Source: Bigelowiella natans CCMP2755
Lineage: Eukaryota; Protista; Cercozoa
Reading direction: 5' to 3'
Assembly: GCA_000320545.1 (NCBI GenBank)
Contig: ADNK01001386.1
Span: 186,001 to 250,000, forward strand
Length of the DNA: 64,000 nucleotides
How positions within the stretch are numbered: the first letter of the stretch is position 1; every line of letters starts with the position of its first letter. Both the position numbers and the translations under genes were made by a program. This document shows positions 48,874 through 61,759 of this stretch, in pieces. Below the pieces are notes generated by a model, which saw only the letters and a program-made list of their open reading frames with translations, was not told the DNA's origin and ran no database searches.

Positions 48874-50586
48874 CTGTTAGTGAACACCACGAAATGCCTA
48901 AAGTAGTAAGTATCACCACCTTGTAAGCACATTGGGGAATTTACTCGCAATTTGGACAAGGATCTTCTGATGTTTTAAGGTGCTGTTGGGCTTGAGGTGC
49001 AGAAGTAGCCGCAACATTAGCCCGTTCGCGCTTCTGACGGTTTGTTCGTCGCTCCGGGTCATTAGTTGCTGTTTTCTCTTCCTCTGCTGCTGATGTTGCT
49101 TGTTAGAGATCATTGCTCCTCCTCCTCCTCCTGCTGCTGCAGTAGGCATTATCTTCCTTCGTCTCTTGTTCTTGTTCGAGCCATTAGATGCGCTTCTAAT
49201 AAGGCTCTGTGCGTAGGAAGATAGAGACGCAATGAAGGCGTATGCGACGCTACTGCGAGAGGAAGATCCTGCTTCATCATCGTCTTCTTCGTCGGTAGTG
49301 AGCTTGATGATCGAGTCAAGCATATGGCCAGTCAGAAACGTACACAGCACCTGCACACTGTAGGCACATGAAGCACATGGATATCAATGTTCCGCTCTTA
49401 ATTTTGAAGAAGTCCATCATGGATAATACGTGGATGGATGCACAGAAATCGGCAAGGAAGCAAGGAAGTAGCAACTGAAGTCATACTGCGCAATAGTAAT
49501 CACGCAATAGCCGTATTGTCCGCTTACAACATCTTCTACTACTATTACTACTACTACTACTTCGACGACGACCTGCATGCTCTAGGATCTAGCATGGCGT
49601 CTCTCACGCCCCCGAGCACTTCTCGGCAGGTTTTCGCATCCGAGGCCGATAAATTGCGCACAATTCCATCTTTCAGAGTGCCAAACACAACAATCAACTC
49701 ACAGCCTCCTCCACCTCCTCCTCCTGGTTTGGGTACTACTATCTATCAAGCTATCTATCTATCTCCTCTCTGGTTACTATCATCTCGCTTTATTCTCTCT
49801 CCCCCCCCCCCCCCCTCTCTCTCTCGACAACTGTTACTACGTGTATCCACGATCCACACCGAGAAATCCTTTTGTTGTCACCAGAGTACGCGTCATCTCA
49901 GCCTTCTTGTAGTTGAGAATGGACAGTGCAATGCTTGCCGATGCGGTTCGAATCTGTATTATTATGTCAAGAAGACAATAGATATAGGTGAGGAGGGGAG
50001 GAGACCAATGGCTATTCGTCAATATACATCCATATCTCCCCCCCCTCTATCTCTCTCTCTCTTTCTTTCTCTGAAACGGCTGAGATTATGCCTCCTACTC
50101 CGCCGCTTCCTCCTCTTCATTATGGACTGCTGCTTATTATTATCATTTTTATTATTATTATTACTATAACTATTATTACGTGGTTCGGCTTTGTCTTGAG
50201 ATTCAAAGCTGTAAATGCCCGGTGCGAAAAACTAAACTTGTAGCAAAAAGCTCTGGTAACTCCTGTAATAGATATGCGATAAGGATTAAGAATCATTATG
50301 AGGAAGAGCTACAACAACTAATACAACAACCCGTAGAAGAAGAATAGTAATATTAATTGTAGCACTTGGAAACAAAGAAGAAAGTAAAAGAAAGAAGAAG
50401 AAGAAGAAGAAGAAGAAGAAGAAGAAGCATGAAAGCACTGAATTACCTTGATTAATGTTGACAACGGCAAGAAGCATATTGACGGCTGCTAGCACGACGC
50501 GCTCATCCCCGGCACCTGTACACATATTATATACGGATCGTTTATATACAATATATAGCACACACTCCTGCACGCACAAACGGGTG

Positions 50587-50647
<61 letters not shown>

Positions 50648-51288
50648 ACAGACAATTATGTATCTTGTTTCTAGTAACTATAATGTCTATATGTGTATAA
50701 GCATGTGTTTTTATGTATATTATCATTTGAATTTTGCTGCTGAATAACCGAGAAGTGAGTATAGAGTGCGGAGCTGAGAGTTGATGACTTTATATGCAGT
50801 TGAAACTATTTGTGACACAAACTTTGCCTTCTGCTTGCCGCTGATGGTGATGATGTGAAATGATTAGATTGACTTCAATGATCATGTTTATGATGATTTA
50901 TGAAAATAGAGCAGAGAAGCTGTAGTAGTGTGTCAGTTGTCGTTGTTTGCACAAAGATCAAAATCCAATCTATGTGTCACGAACATTTTCAGTATTTCCG
51001 TCAGCGCCCTCATCACAGCAGATGCCAGCCCGTATTTCTGATGAAGAATGTTGTTGCGAGAATGAAGAAGTCAAATTTCACACTTCCATATCTCTAGATT
51101 AAGTTAACTTGGGGTGTTGACTCTCCTCTGTTTCTATACGTTTCGTCGTCCTCTTTGTCCCCAAATCATCATGATCATTTCATGATCATTATCATCTTCT
51201 ATCATCTTCTCCTTAATTCGAGAGGGAGTATCCGATCAACAGCAGCGTGAGTATAAATTTCATCCTCACCATCACCATCGTCATCACT

Positions 51289-51322
<34 letters not shown>

Positions 51323-51904
51323 CCTGGCCTTGATCCGACTGCAGGATGTTAAAGAGCTCCACAAGATATGGAGATGACTCAAGATACTGCCATCTATTAT
51401 TATAGTAGTAGTAGTGGTAATAGTAGTAATAGTAGCAGCAACCATCATTTTATCAATGTGTTTGGTTGGTATAATAATATTCAATACGTAACAGCTTTAG
51501 TGGGCAATCTCCTCTTGAACGAGAGGGGAAAACGTTCTTATTATTCCACTGACTAACGAATAATTACACGCAGCAGCAGCAGCAGCAGCAGCAGCAGAGA
51601 TAGATACAGCAGTAGTAGTCGCATTTTGTTTGATATTCTCATCATCTGTGTTGTGTTCTCATTCAAACATTATTTCATCTTCAGAGTCCAAATCTGTCCT
51701 TGCAGTCTGCCTTGCAAACCTGCGGGGAGGGAAGGGAGGGAAAGACGATATGATTTCGATGTGGATCTTTGCCAAGCGATGCAGCATGTTTGTGCTGTAG
51801 CTACTCTCTCGGATACGACGACTTGCAATTTCGGCATTGGACAATGATCACACATATAAGTATCATGTCGGGGTAGTTTGATTCCATCATCGTCATCTAA
51901 TGGT

Positions 51905-51943
<39 letters not shown>

Positions 51944-52099
51944 CCGATTGAGCCCAGAGATCGTCATCTTTACATCATCGTCTACTGCGTTTATGTGACT
52001 CAGCAACTCTTTCAAGCTGCCAAACCCCTCTCCACGGCTATCCTTGCTGCTATTTCTTCCTCCGCCACCATCGCTTCCACTTTTCCGCCTCTTTGACAT
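35829..52099 (-). CDS. URB1: Nucleolar pre-ribosomal-associated protein 1 (URB1/Npa1), ~16 kb multi-exon gene with many homopolymer insertions
   Basis: C-terminal NopRA1-type motifs YNPEFLLPFL...MDMRKFADSGALAYVLLATS...RNIAYEIL...LLRPDQMMY|KQLNRFLLQRPYLDLEDVPMFYSTFNSGSSHADQERVWMLK (38230-38990). Long helical-repeat exons throughout; start MSKRRKSGSD at 52099. Internal exon boundaries not fully resolved. Confidence 0.85.
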
Positions 52100-53078
52100 C
52101 GTAAAACAGGCTCGACTGCCCCTCTATTTGAGGGGGGGAGCACGGGGTCGCTAGTCCGCTATCGACGGCGTAGGAAATTGTAAGACATTGTTGTTTTTGT
52201 TGCCTGTGTTTTATTATGTTAGATATATTTCTGTTCAGCGTTTATCGAAATAAAATTAGAAACGGATCATTCCTTCATATTTCTGCGGTCACAATTTGAG
52301 CTGATTTTCCCTCGGGATATCATTGGATATTTTCGGGATAAAAATTGATCCATTTCCAATCAAGAATCTGCTCCAAATCAAGCGGTAGACTGACCCGTGT
52401 CCTCGCGAGAGAGAGGAGTTACGATCGTATGCAATAATGTGTGCTGACAATCCATGGGATGATAATGGATCCCGTATGCGAAATAGTCGTCACCATCGTA
52501 GTATTATTCTCCGCAACACGCTCAAAACTGAAGCCTATTTAAATTTCTTTCAGGGAAGGTCTGTTTTGGTGAGGACAGACAGTGCTGTGCAACGCTACAC
52601 TGCGTTTCTTCACTGCAGGCTTCGATAATATTGGATGGATATGAGCAACGCAAGGGTTTCTCCTCCTCCTCTTCCTCGTTTTCATCATCTCTTCCCCCTA
52701 CACCACCTTGATAGAAATCCTTAGTTGTGAACACAGCATTGCCCTGAGGAGGTAACTTTTGACTTCATGCAGGCATCACCCCTTGAGCTAGTTCTTCGCC
52801 AGCTTTATAAATGTAAAGCAACCTTTGCTGCTGTGTTCCGGAAGGTGCTGCCTGCCTGTTTTTTTATTTGATTTTAAGTGCTGCTGGCTGCAACCAATAT
52901 GATGCCATTCACTGATGCCCGCCCTTCATCCAACCTTTCTCGTCTCATCTAAGTTTGAGAGCAGTTCTTACTAGCGTCATTAAAGAATAATTCTCCTGAT
53001 GCGTTGTAGTAACACTTGTGGCGAAAAATATCACCTTGACCAATACCATTGCATCTTCGTCGTCGTCGTGTTCTTCTT

Positions 53079-53109
<31 letters not shown>

Positions 53110-53711
53110 TTCTTCTTCTTCAGGTGTTGCGAGCATCGCATGTTGGGGTGTTCTGGTGGAAACTCTTTGACCTAGCAACTGTGATACTTAAGGTAGTATT
53201 TATTGTTTTTACACGAGAGGAGAGAGGAGGGTAATGCGTGCAAAAGGAAATGATGCCGAAAGCAACATCACCTCAAAAGTAAATTCATCGCACAAACATC
53301 ATGCACAGACCAAAACACAGTTAAATAATATGGATATGAAAAATTATGAGAACAGCTCATCATTCTCACCCTCTGTTGCTGATGACAACAAACAACAGAG
53401 AGAGGATAAGTCGGTGGTGGAAAGCAGGGCTGGACAGGGATCGTTGGAGAAGCTAAGTGCATTGTTGATAGAGAGCTCGGATGTATGGCAGAGTATTCGC
53501 GACTCAGAAGATTTTAGAGATAACCAAGTCAGGCTGGGAAATTTGGAGGTAGTAGTAGTAGTATTAATAGTAGTAGAAAACTGCGCATCATGCACAGCAT
53601 AAACAGCCAGCCATCACCTTTCTCACCACTCACTCATCCACATCATCTTCCCCCATTCACCACCTCCTTCTCTCCTCTCTCTCCCTCTTCCCCCCCCCTC
53701 TCTCTCTCCTC

Positions 53712-53759
<48 letters not shown>

Positions 53760-53764
53760 TGCGC

Positions 53765-53807
<43 letters not shown>

Positions 53808-54063
53808 ATCATTGATTCTTTGTGCGACCACAACTCACTCACAGTGCTCAATTTACGAACTTTTGGAGATAGTGAGGGATGCTATTTCCCGCAAGAGGCC
53901 GACCGGTAACAACAACAACAACAACAACAACAACAACGCTCATGATGAAGATGATGATGATGATGAAGCCCTCTCTGATGAGCGCACAACCTTAAATTCG
54001 TTCTTCATTGTCAAACCATAAATATATTTTGGAATGTACGTAATATGTGTCCAGATATTATTC

Positions 54064-54095
<32 letters not shown>

Positions 54096-54237
54096 TGTGT
54101 GTGTGTGTGTGTGTGTGTTTTGTTTGCTTGTTTGTGGTATTCTATTTTACGGTCGATGCTGGACAACCAGCAGTGCCAAGGATTGATAAAGATAAGTCGA
54201 TACGCTTATTTTGGAATCGTTTCTTTGGTAATTGTGC

Positions 54238-54272
<35 letters not shown>

Positions 54273-54613
54273 CATGGGCTAGAGGACGAGGAGGAGCTGC
54301 TGGTGGTTATGAAGTTGATAATCATGGATGATGAATCAACGTTTGATGCAAAATCATTATTATCATCATCATTGTAATCATTGACGTTTGACTTGACTAG
54401 TATTGATTGATGGCTGCATAGGAATGACTCGAGAATTTTGGCCAGCTAGCCTTGACCTGTTTGCCGAGGCGTTGTGCGTAAATGCGCTGTTGAACCAGCC
54501 CAGTCATATTGTTGTACCATCCGAACATGTCCTAGCTGAGATGCTTGCCAACGTCGGAGGTCGTTCCCCTCACCGATGAAAAACTGCAATAATAACCAAA
54601 AAATGCTGCATTG

Positions 54614-54666
<53 letters not shown>

Positions 54667-54860
54667 ACAATTGTTCCCACGGTTTATTATCCACATTTTC
54701 TTCTTTTTGTAAACATCATCATCATCATCTCCATCGTCATCATAATGAATGTTACACAGAGTGGCCCTCAGAGGAGAAAGGAGAAGATGAAATGCCCAAG
54801 AACCTAACGCCTGAAGTGTGGGATTTAATACTCGAACGGTAGTAGTAGTAATTGTTGTAA

Positions 54861-54892
<32 letters not shown>

Positions 54893-55096
54893 ACAGTAAT
54901 AGTAGTAGGCATCATCGTCATTGACATTATCATCCATATCCTTTTTCTTCTTCTCCTCCTCGTTGATCCCCTCTTAATATTAATCAGATACGGTCCATTC
55001 GAACGCCTAATCCCCAACCTTGAGAGCGTATGTACCACCAATGGACGGATCCATGTATGGCTCACGAAGGTGCCCTTCTTCATGATGATTATGATA

Positions 55097-55131
<35 letters not shown>

Positions 55132-55373
55132 ACCCTAGCGACCGACTGTTTATTAGATGTCGTATATCATCATGTTGCTGGTTTGGCTCAGTATGTGATT
55201 ATGGAGGTGGTGTTGATGCTGATGCTGATGCTGATGCTGATACTGATACTGGTGCTGGTACGATGGCTAGGAAAGATCTCGAAAGGGGGCGGAGCAAGCG
55301 CTGCTCCAAGGCGCATTTACCTGGATGCTACGACTCGGTACAGTAGTGGTGGTGGTAGTGGTAGGGGTGTGAC

Positions 55374-55408
<35 letters not shown>

Positions 55409-55454
55409 GGTTATGTAGTAGTTATCTTGGCCAGGAGAAATTTTAGTAAGTAAT

Positions 55455-55487
<33 letters not shown>

Positions 55488-55925
55488 CCCCCACCCCTCA
55501 TCTCCACCACCACTGCATCATCATCCATCCATCCATACTCATACAACATAGGGAAGGCCCGCCTAGGCATGGCTTTCGTTCTTGTCTATAAAAACGCTAA
55601 TCATGGAATCGATCATGTCAGTAGTAGCAGTAGTAGTAGTAGTAGGAGCAGAGTATCTATCAACAACATGCAGCACATTCACCACCCAACTTTCCACCAT
55701 CATCTTCCGTCTCACGTTCTCATACTACTACTACTACTACTACTACTACTATATTGTTACAATCCCAATCTCTTATCGCTATAGCAGCTCTAATCATTAT
55801 AATATGACATTGAAATAATAATAATAATAGTAATAACTATCATCATCACTATGGAGTATACCGTCATATTGGTTATCTATCATCATCATCGTCATCATCG
55901 TCATGATGCTATTCTGTCTTCTTAC

Positions 55926-55961
<36 letters not shown>

Positions 55962-56484
55962 CATCACCATCATCAGACACCGATCTTACGGGAGGCGAAG
56001 GGCAGCAGAGAGTACTACGTGCAAGGAGAAAGAAATCGGACGTAGGAATATAGAAGGATCTACTATATATAACCACCAAAAGATGAACAACACCTTATCT
56101 CAAATAGCCAAAAATATAGACTGAACATATCCATTCTTGCATGAGTATATTGACAAATAGTAACATAATCTTCATTCGCAACGTCGCCCTCCTTCCTTCA
56201 CTCTCTTCCACTGCCTTCTCCTCCTCCTCCTCCCCCCTCTCAAGATTCCCAACGGTGCGTGCACTAGCAGCGGATGTTTGCCAGAGAATGGGGTGGTATA
56301 GCACAGGGTACGTTCTCAAGGAAGCGATGGATGGATGGATTAAATATGGAAGTGAGATCTCTCTTCATCAAGACCGTAGCAACAAAGGCAAATTGGAACT
56401 GATCTTAGGCTTCTTTCCCGATGTTAAGAAAGACCCCACGTGTCCTCTCATTCCAGGGTGGGTGGCCTGATTCATGCTGCTGCC

Positions 56485-56517
<33 letters not shown>

Positions 56518-57580
56518 CAGTGGTGGTAGTGTGTATTTGTGCACACCTGCAACGTTAAATCAGCGTAGTCGTCGTGGTCTTGGTCGTGGTCGTGGTCGTC
56601 GTCATCTTCTATGAGGATGAGCATAAGGAGGAAGAAGAAGCAGAAGAAGAAGAAGAAGAAGAAGAAGAAGAAGAAGAGGGAATAGAGAGCTTGCTAAATA
56701 ACCTAATCCTTCTTCTCCCCTCCTCCTCCTCCTCCTCCTCCTTTTTCTCGTTCTCTAGGCAGCAAAACAGCGCTGATTCTTCTTCTTCCTACGAAGCGAA
56801 GAGTAGTAGTAGTAATGGTAGCAGCAAAGAGAATATAGAGGGAGAGATCTTGGGGTGGCTCGACGGAAACGGCTCAATACAGTCTGTTACCAAGCATCTA
56901 GTCAAAACGCTTGATATGGTAGTAGTAGTAGTAATAACAATTATTATTATAATAATAGTATTCTTCGTCTCCTCCACCTCTTCCTCCTCCCTCTGCTCCT
57001 CCTACTCTTCCTCTCAATTTCTACTAAATATGGCCAAGAACAAAGTCCTCCTTATATTCTCATAATTAGAAATGTACTCTTTGGAAGACATTATTGATTG
57101 ATTGATTGATTGATTGATGGTGACAACAACAACAACACAGGGCAGCACCCAAAAAGAGAAGAAGGCGAACACACTGCTTGGAACAACTCTTACACAAATC
57201 CATTTACACGTAAGAATAATTGTAAAAAATAATTTGAATAATAATGATAAAGATAAAAACATGCCTTATTTATTATGACTTCCATCCTTTTTATTCCTAC
57301 AATCAACAGCTCAAGTGTATGAGGGATTTTGTGCTTTCTTCTTCTTGGGAGTAGGAGCATTCTTTGCTGACTTAATTAAATTAACTTGAAAAGATGTTGA
57401 AGCAAGCACAGGATTTACAGGATTTACGATCAAAGGTGCTGGATACGCTATCATATTTTGTCTGTTTGTTGATGTTTTGCATCTCAAAACCAATTCTATT
57501 TTCTATTTCTTTTCTTTTATGGGGGCGGGATCGATCTTATCTCGTAAGTTGTTTGAAGGGCGAACAAATAGCCATCATCG

Positions 57581-57611
<31 letters not shown>

Positions 57612-58062
57612 TATCTCTATCATCTATCAGGTGAAAGAACTCCGCGAAAAGGTGGATGTGTACGAAGGAAAGCCGAGCGCAATAGCAAAATGCACGGTAG
57701 GATAAATTCACATGGACATGCGTGTTACTAGGATGATATCACCAGTAGCGCTCTTAGATGTAACGTCTGAAATATAACAACGACGTTATAGACAAATTTT
57801 CTTGTAACTATCTACACATCAATACTATTGCTGTTGCCAATATTATTAGCTCTCAGACCTGTATTTTGCCTATGTTTTCATGAAAACCACGCGCAACAGT
57901 TGAAAGATCTGTTAAAGATGGAGAAGATGTTTGATAGTTCTTCGCAAAAGCTCAGAAAGGCTATTGAAGGCTTATACGCTAAGACTCTGACGTTTCCCAA
58001 TGAGTTTCTATGTCCCCTTACGCATGAAGTCCTCAGGGTAGTATGTAGAAGAATGTGTGCGC

Positions 58063-58120
<58 letters not shown>
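36700..58120. repeat. Region saturated with microsatellites: (TAG/CTA)n, (GAT/ATC)n, (GAA)n, (GAG)n, (CAG)n, (TA)n, (AG)n, (AC)n
   Basis: Directly visible, e.g. 41878-41910, 44090-44285, 45110-45150, 48460-48512, 50592-50640, 53720-53806, 55090-55130. Similar arrays occur in NOX introns and in 11-15 kb. Confidence 0.95.
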
Positions 58121-58538
58121 TACGTACGCCGTGATATGCTATGGATACTTGGTGCTGTGCGCTTTATTAGGATCCAGTCATCACCAAGGACGGCCACACA
58201 TATGAAAGAGCGGCAATCGAACTGTGGCTACAAAGACATGATACGTCTCCGCTTACGAATATGGTTGTTCTTCGAACTAAAGAGAAGCATAATTTGTTCA
58301 TTGATGACGTACGTACGTACGTACGTACGTACTAGGGGTGGCAGTGGACTTTGTATATTGATGTGTTTTTTTTCTTCACCATTATACTACTATTGTGTTT
58401 CAGCGGCTGGATGATAAAGTACTAACTCCAAACATCTCGCTGAGGAACTCGATTCTAGCCTTCACGGAGAAACATAAGGCGATGAACTCAAACATTGGGC
58501 TAGATGACGATGTTTTAGATGATGTCAAGTCACAATAA
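53234..58538 (+). CDS. U-box domain protein (putative E3 ubiquitin ligase); 5' end uncertain, may begin near 52436
   Basis: Terminal exons FPNEFLCPLTHEVLR|DPVITKDGHTYERAAIELWLQRHDTSPLTNM|RLDDKVLTPNISLRNSILAF...* form a U-box, preceded by a coiled coil (VKELREKV..., LKDLLKMEKM). Many short upstream + strand exons. Confidence 0.8.
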
Positions 58539-59384
58539 GTAGTGTATTGTAAGCTATTTGATCTAATGTACAATGTGAATTAGCAAGGTGAAACAAGTGA
58601 AAGAGACTTGGAGTAGAACCAGAATTACATAGTTTGTACAGCATGTGTTCGTGTATGTGTATGTGTATATGCATGTGTGTTCTAGCTAGTGCACTGCATC
58701 CTTCTTGCAGCGATGTATGTTGCAGTGCATGCATCTACATTAGGACGCTTGTGCATCTGATCGCAGTATGTCCGATTAATATTAATTCAATGAGCTTGAT
58801 GCAATGATCCAGCAAGACGCTCAAGTGGCACGTGCACATCTATATACATGACTAGCTCAATGCAAGCGAGCAGTTCCGATCTAGCACTAGAGCGCGGGCA
58901 TCTTTGACAGCACGCACACCCCACAACGTCCTCTTTTGTGCTTAGCGAAGCTTTCAATTTGTCGCAAATTAATGCTATATTCTGTTGAAAGCTAAACTGA
59001 AACCCTATTAGCCCATCGAGTTAGCTAGTTAGTCAGTGTTGTAGACTGCTGCAACATGCCTGGATGTTGTTTCAACCGGGCAAACACATCAACTAATGAC
59101 GTACGTGGTGGGCACAATAGATCGATTGCGATGCACTTACGTATGTTGCATTTTCCCCCCGATTTGATGCATACAGCAGCGATTATGGTTTCACAAGGCG
59201 CGCACTGTGAGCGCAACTTATCACAGCTTGCTAAATGACTCACTTAGAGTCATAAAGGCTATAAGCTCACCCAGCCACTACCATATCGCGCTAGAGAAGG
59301 ATAGCAGTGGCAGCTGCCGCTACATTGAATAATACTGTATAAAGCGATGATGAAGCCGAGGGCGAAGTTGAAGAATCTAAGCTG

Positions 59385-60359
59385 TCAACCATGTTGATCC
59401 TCGTCATTATTTGACAAAATCTCTGTATCTGTGTTTGACGAGGGGCTAGGAGGTCCTGAATTCACATTTTCTAACTCGATCTGAGCTCTTACGTGTTGTT
59501 CATCCGTCGCGGAAGAAGTTGAGTCACTTTGCCATAGAAAAGCTAGCACACATGATATTCCAGTGGTCGCCATCCACATCTGTGCCTCTCCTTCAAAATT
59601 TATATTTGCTGTGTAAGTTCCTAAAAGAATGCTTAGCAGAAGTCCTCCATATATTGCAAATGATCCTAACGTAATTGTATATTTATGAGGAAGGTTTTGA
59701 ACCCTGCTGCTCCTCTGGTGGTGCCTTGGCAAGAACTCAACTGCTGCTCTTAACAAATCCATCTGAGCAATTCCAGTCATAAAACTCGGGACGTCAATGA
59801 TGACTGTTTTAGCCACCATTGCAATTTGATCTAGCCAATGTGCTTTTTCGTCGAACACCACCGCTAGTAAAAAGACGAATTCGGTTGATAGGTAAACTGC
59901 GAACGATTGCTTTGGCTCTTCGAAGTAGCAAAATGTCCACACTGGATTCAAACTTGCAATGGCATGTGCGAGATGTGCTGCAGAAAATGCATGTCCAACC
60001 TAGAATCGGTGTATTTAATTTAGGGGATGTTTTTAGGACACAGGTAAGACACCCTCTCCCAAGATTTGAGTATAAAGACGAGCTTCTGTGGAGGTGCCCT
60101 CAAGAGTGCAGAAAGGTTTCGTAGGAACGTGATTGGGATGCACAAGAACAGCAAGCACCTAAAACAAGACCTCATTGGAGCTCAAATTTGATTCACCTTA
60201 TTGGAAGAAAGCATACCTTAGGACATAGCGTTCCTTGGGTGTGTGGCTGCTGCCGGATCGGAACTGCGTCTTGATAAGGATGGCATTGAAGAGAAGGAGA
60301 ATGAGGCGAATCACAGAGGAGATGAATACACTAACGTTCCCAACAAAGAAGGATGCCAT
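59385..60359 (-). CDS. Uncharacterised multi-pass membrane protein (5' structure uncertain)
   Basis: Terminal ORF 59385-~60000 has several hydrophobic segments (FAVYLSTEFVFLLAVVF; ITLGSFAIYGGLLLSILLG; MWMATTGISCVLAFLW). Upstream hydrophobic exon MASFFVGNVSVFISSVIRLILLLFNAILI. Confidence 0.45.
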
Positions 60360-61759
60360 TTGACGCCTACACCGCAAAGTTCTGGCCTGTGTTGCCGGTG
60401 AGCTCGAACGAGGGTCCGGCTCATCTTCGGCTCTTCCATGTTCTTCCTTTTATTTTCCGCCGCATTCTCGGAGCCCGCTGTTTTCGGCCATTTCCCACCT
60501 GCGACTACGCTATAATTGCTGAAAACCTATACGAAACTTGCGGAGGAGACTTGGTGTTCGCACTCCTAACAACTTAGTCTTGCACAGTTGGTTGATCTAT
60601 GAGCACGCCCAGCAGCCGAGGAACGATGGTGAGAGAACTCCCGGTTTTGAACTGATGTTCGCCGGGCATTTTCTGAACCTTTTTGCAACGAAATGCGAGC
60701 CGGTCCGCGGTTTTTTTTCCCAGAGCATTTCCTGTTTCAACGCCTGGAATACCGGCATTTCCTAAGGAGCATTTTAGGCGAGATTGTCGGAAAATAATAC
60801 GGAATAAAACGACTGAAACTGCACCTTTTTTCATCTGACATAGCTGAAGAAACTTCCAGGAGGAAACGTTCCATCCCCCCTGGATCGATTAACTCCACGC
60901 GTGCAAAACAGAGACGGCACCATGTCGTTCGACCATGTCAAAGGCAACTTGTCGAGGTACATACGTGGCGTTGAGGACTCCCTCCTTAAGGCAATGAAGA
61001 AAAATAAGATGGATCCGGAGGATGTTCAATGATGTGTGTGTGTGTGTGTGTAAGTGCAAGTGTTCGTTTGTTAAGAGAGAGTTGCATGAAACGGGGTTTG
61101 ATTTGTGTTTGAACCTGTGCATCCAAGCATTTAAGTAATGAAGAGAATTTGCATGCGTGAGCGTTAGCTAACTCCGTGTGCGATCAATGTGCATGTGCAA
61201 AGGTTCGACAAAAAGACAAAGAAAGATGAAAGCAGACAGCTCTACGTATAGCTCAAATGGATTGAATCAGTTAAAATCAAGTCAGATGGGAAAATTAAGC
61301 CGGGGAAATAAGCAAGAATGTAAGGGTGTTCTTTGCGAAACACGCTAAATCATGCTTCAGACTTTGTTCACGCTGCGTGCAAGGACAAAGGACCTAGATC
61401 CGCCCCGTGTCGTGTGATGAGCGACGCACGCTGAAAAAGCTTTCAATTTGAATCAGTGCAGCGCCATGTGCTAGTGTAGTGCAGAGTTGCATGCTTGCGC
61501 GTTTCCGTGCAGTGCAACATGCACGCAACACTAGAATAGCACTGTCCATCTTGCTGACGCTAGGGGAGCTCTTCTGAGCGGCCGACGTTGCATGCAACCA
61601 TTTTTCCTTCTTGTAAAAATGGTCAGATGGGCGTGCACTCATGCAGTCAGCATTAGCGTCGTGGCACACATTGCGGTCTTTGACTTAACTTTACATGTGT
61701 GTATTTTTATACATCTATGTCTCCCTCGCCTTTTAGAGTACGTATGAATTGTACCAATG

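Noticed and set aside
39300-57800. Numerous poly-L/V/M/Y/I ORFs in the ORF track
   Set aside because: They are translations of intronic or antisense microsatellites, not independent genes.
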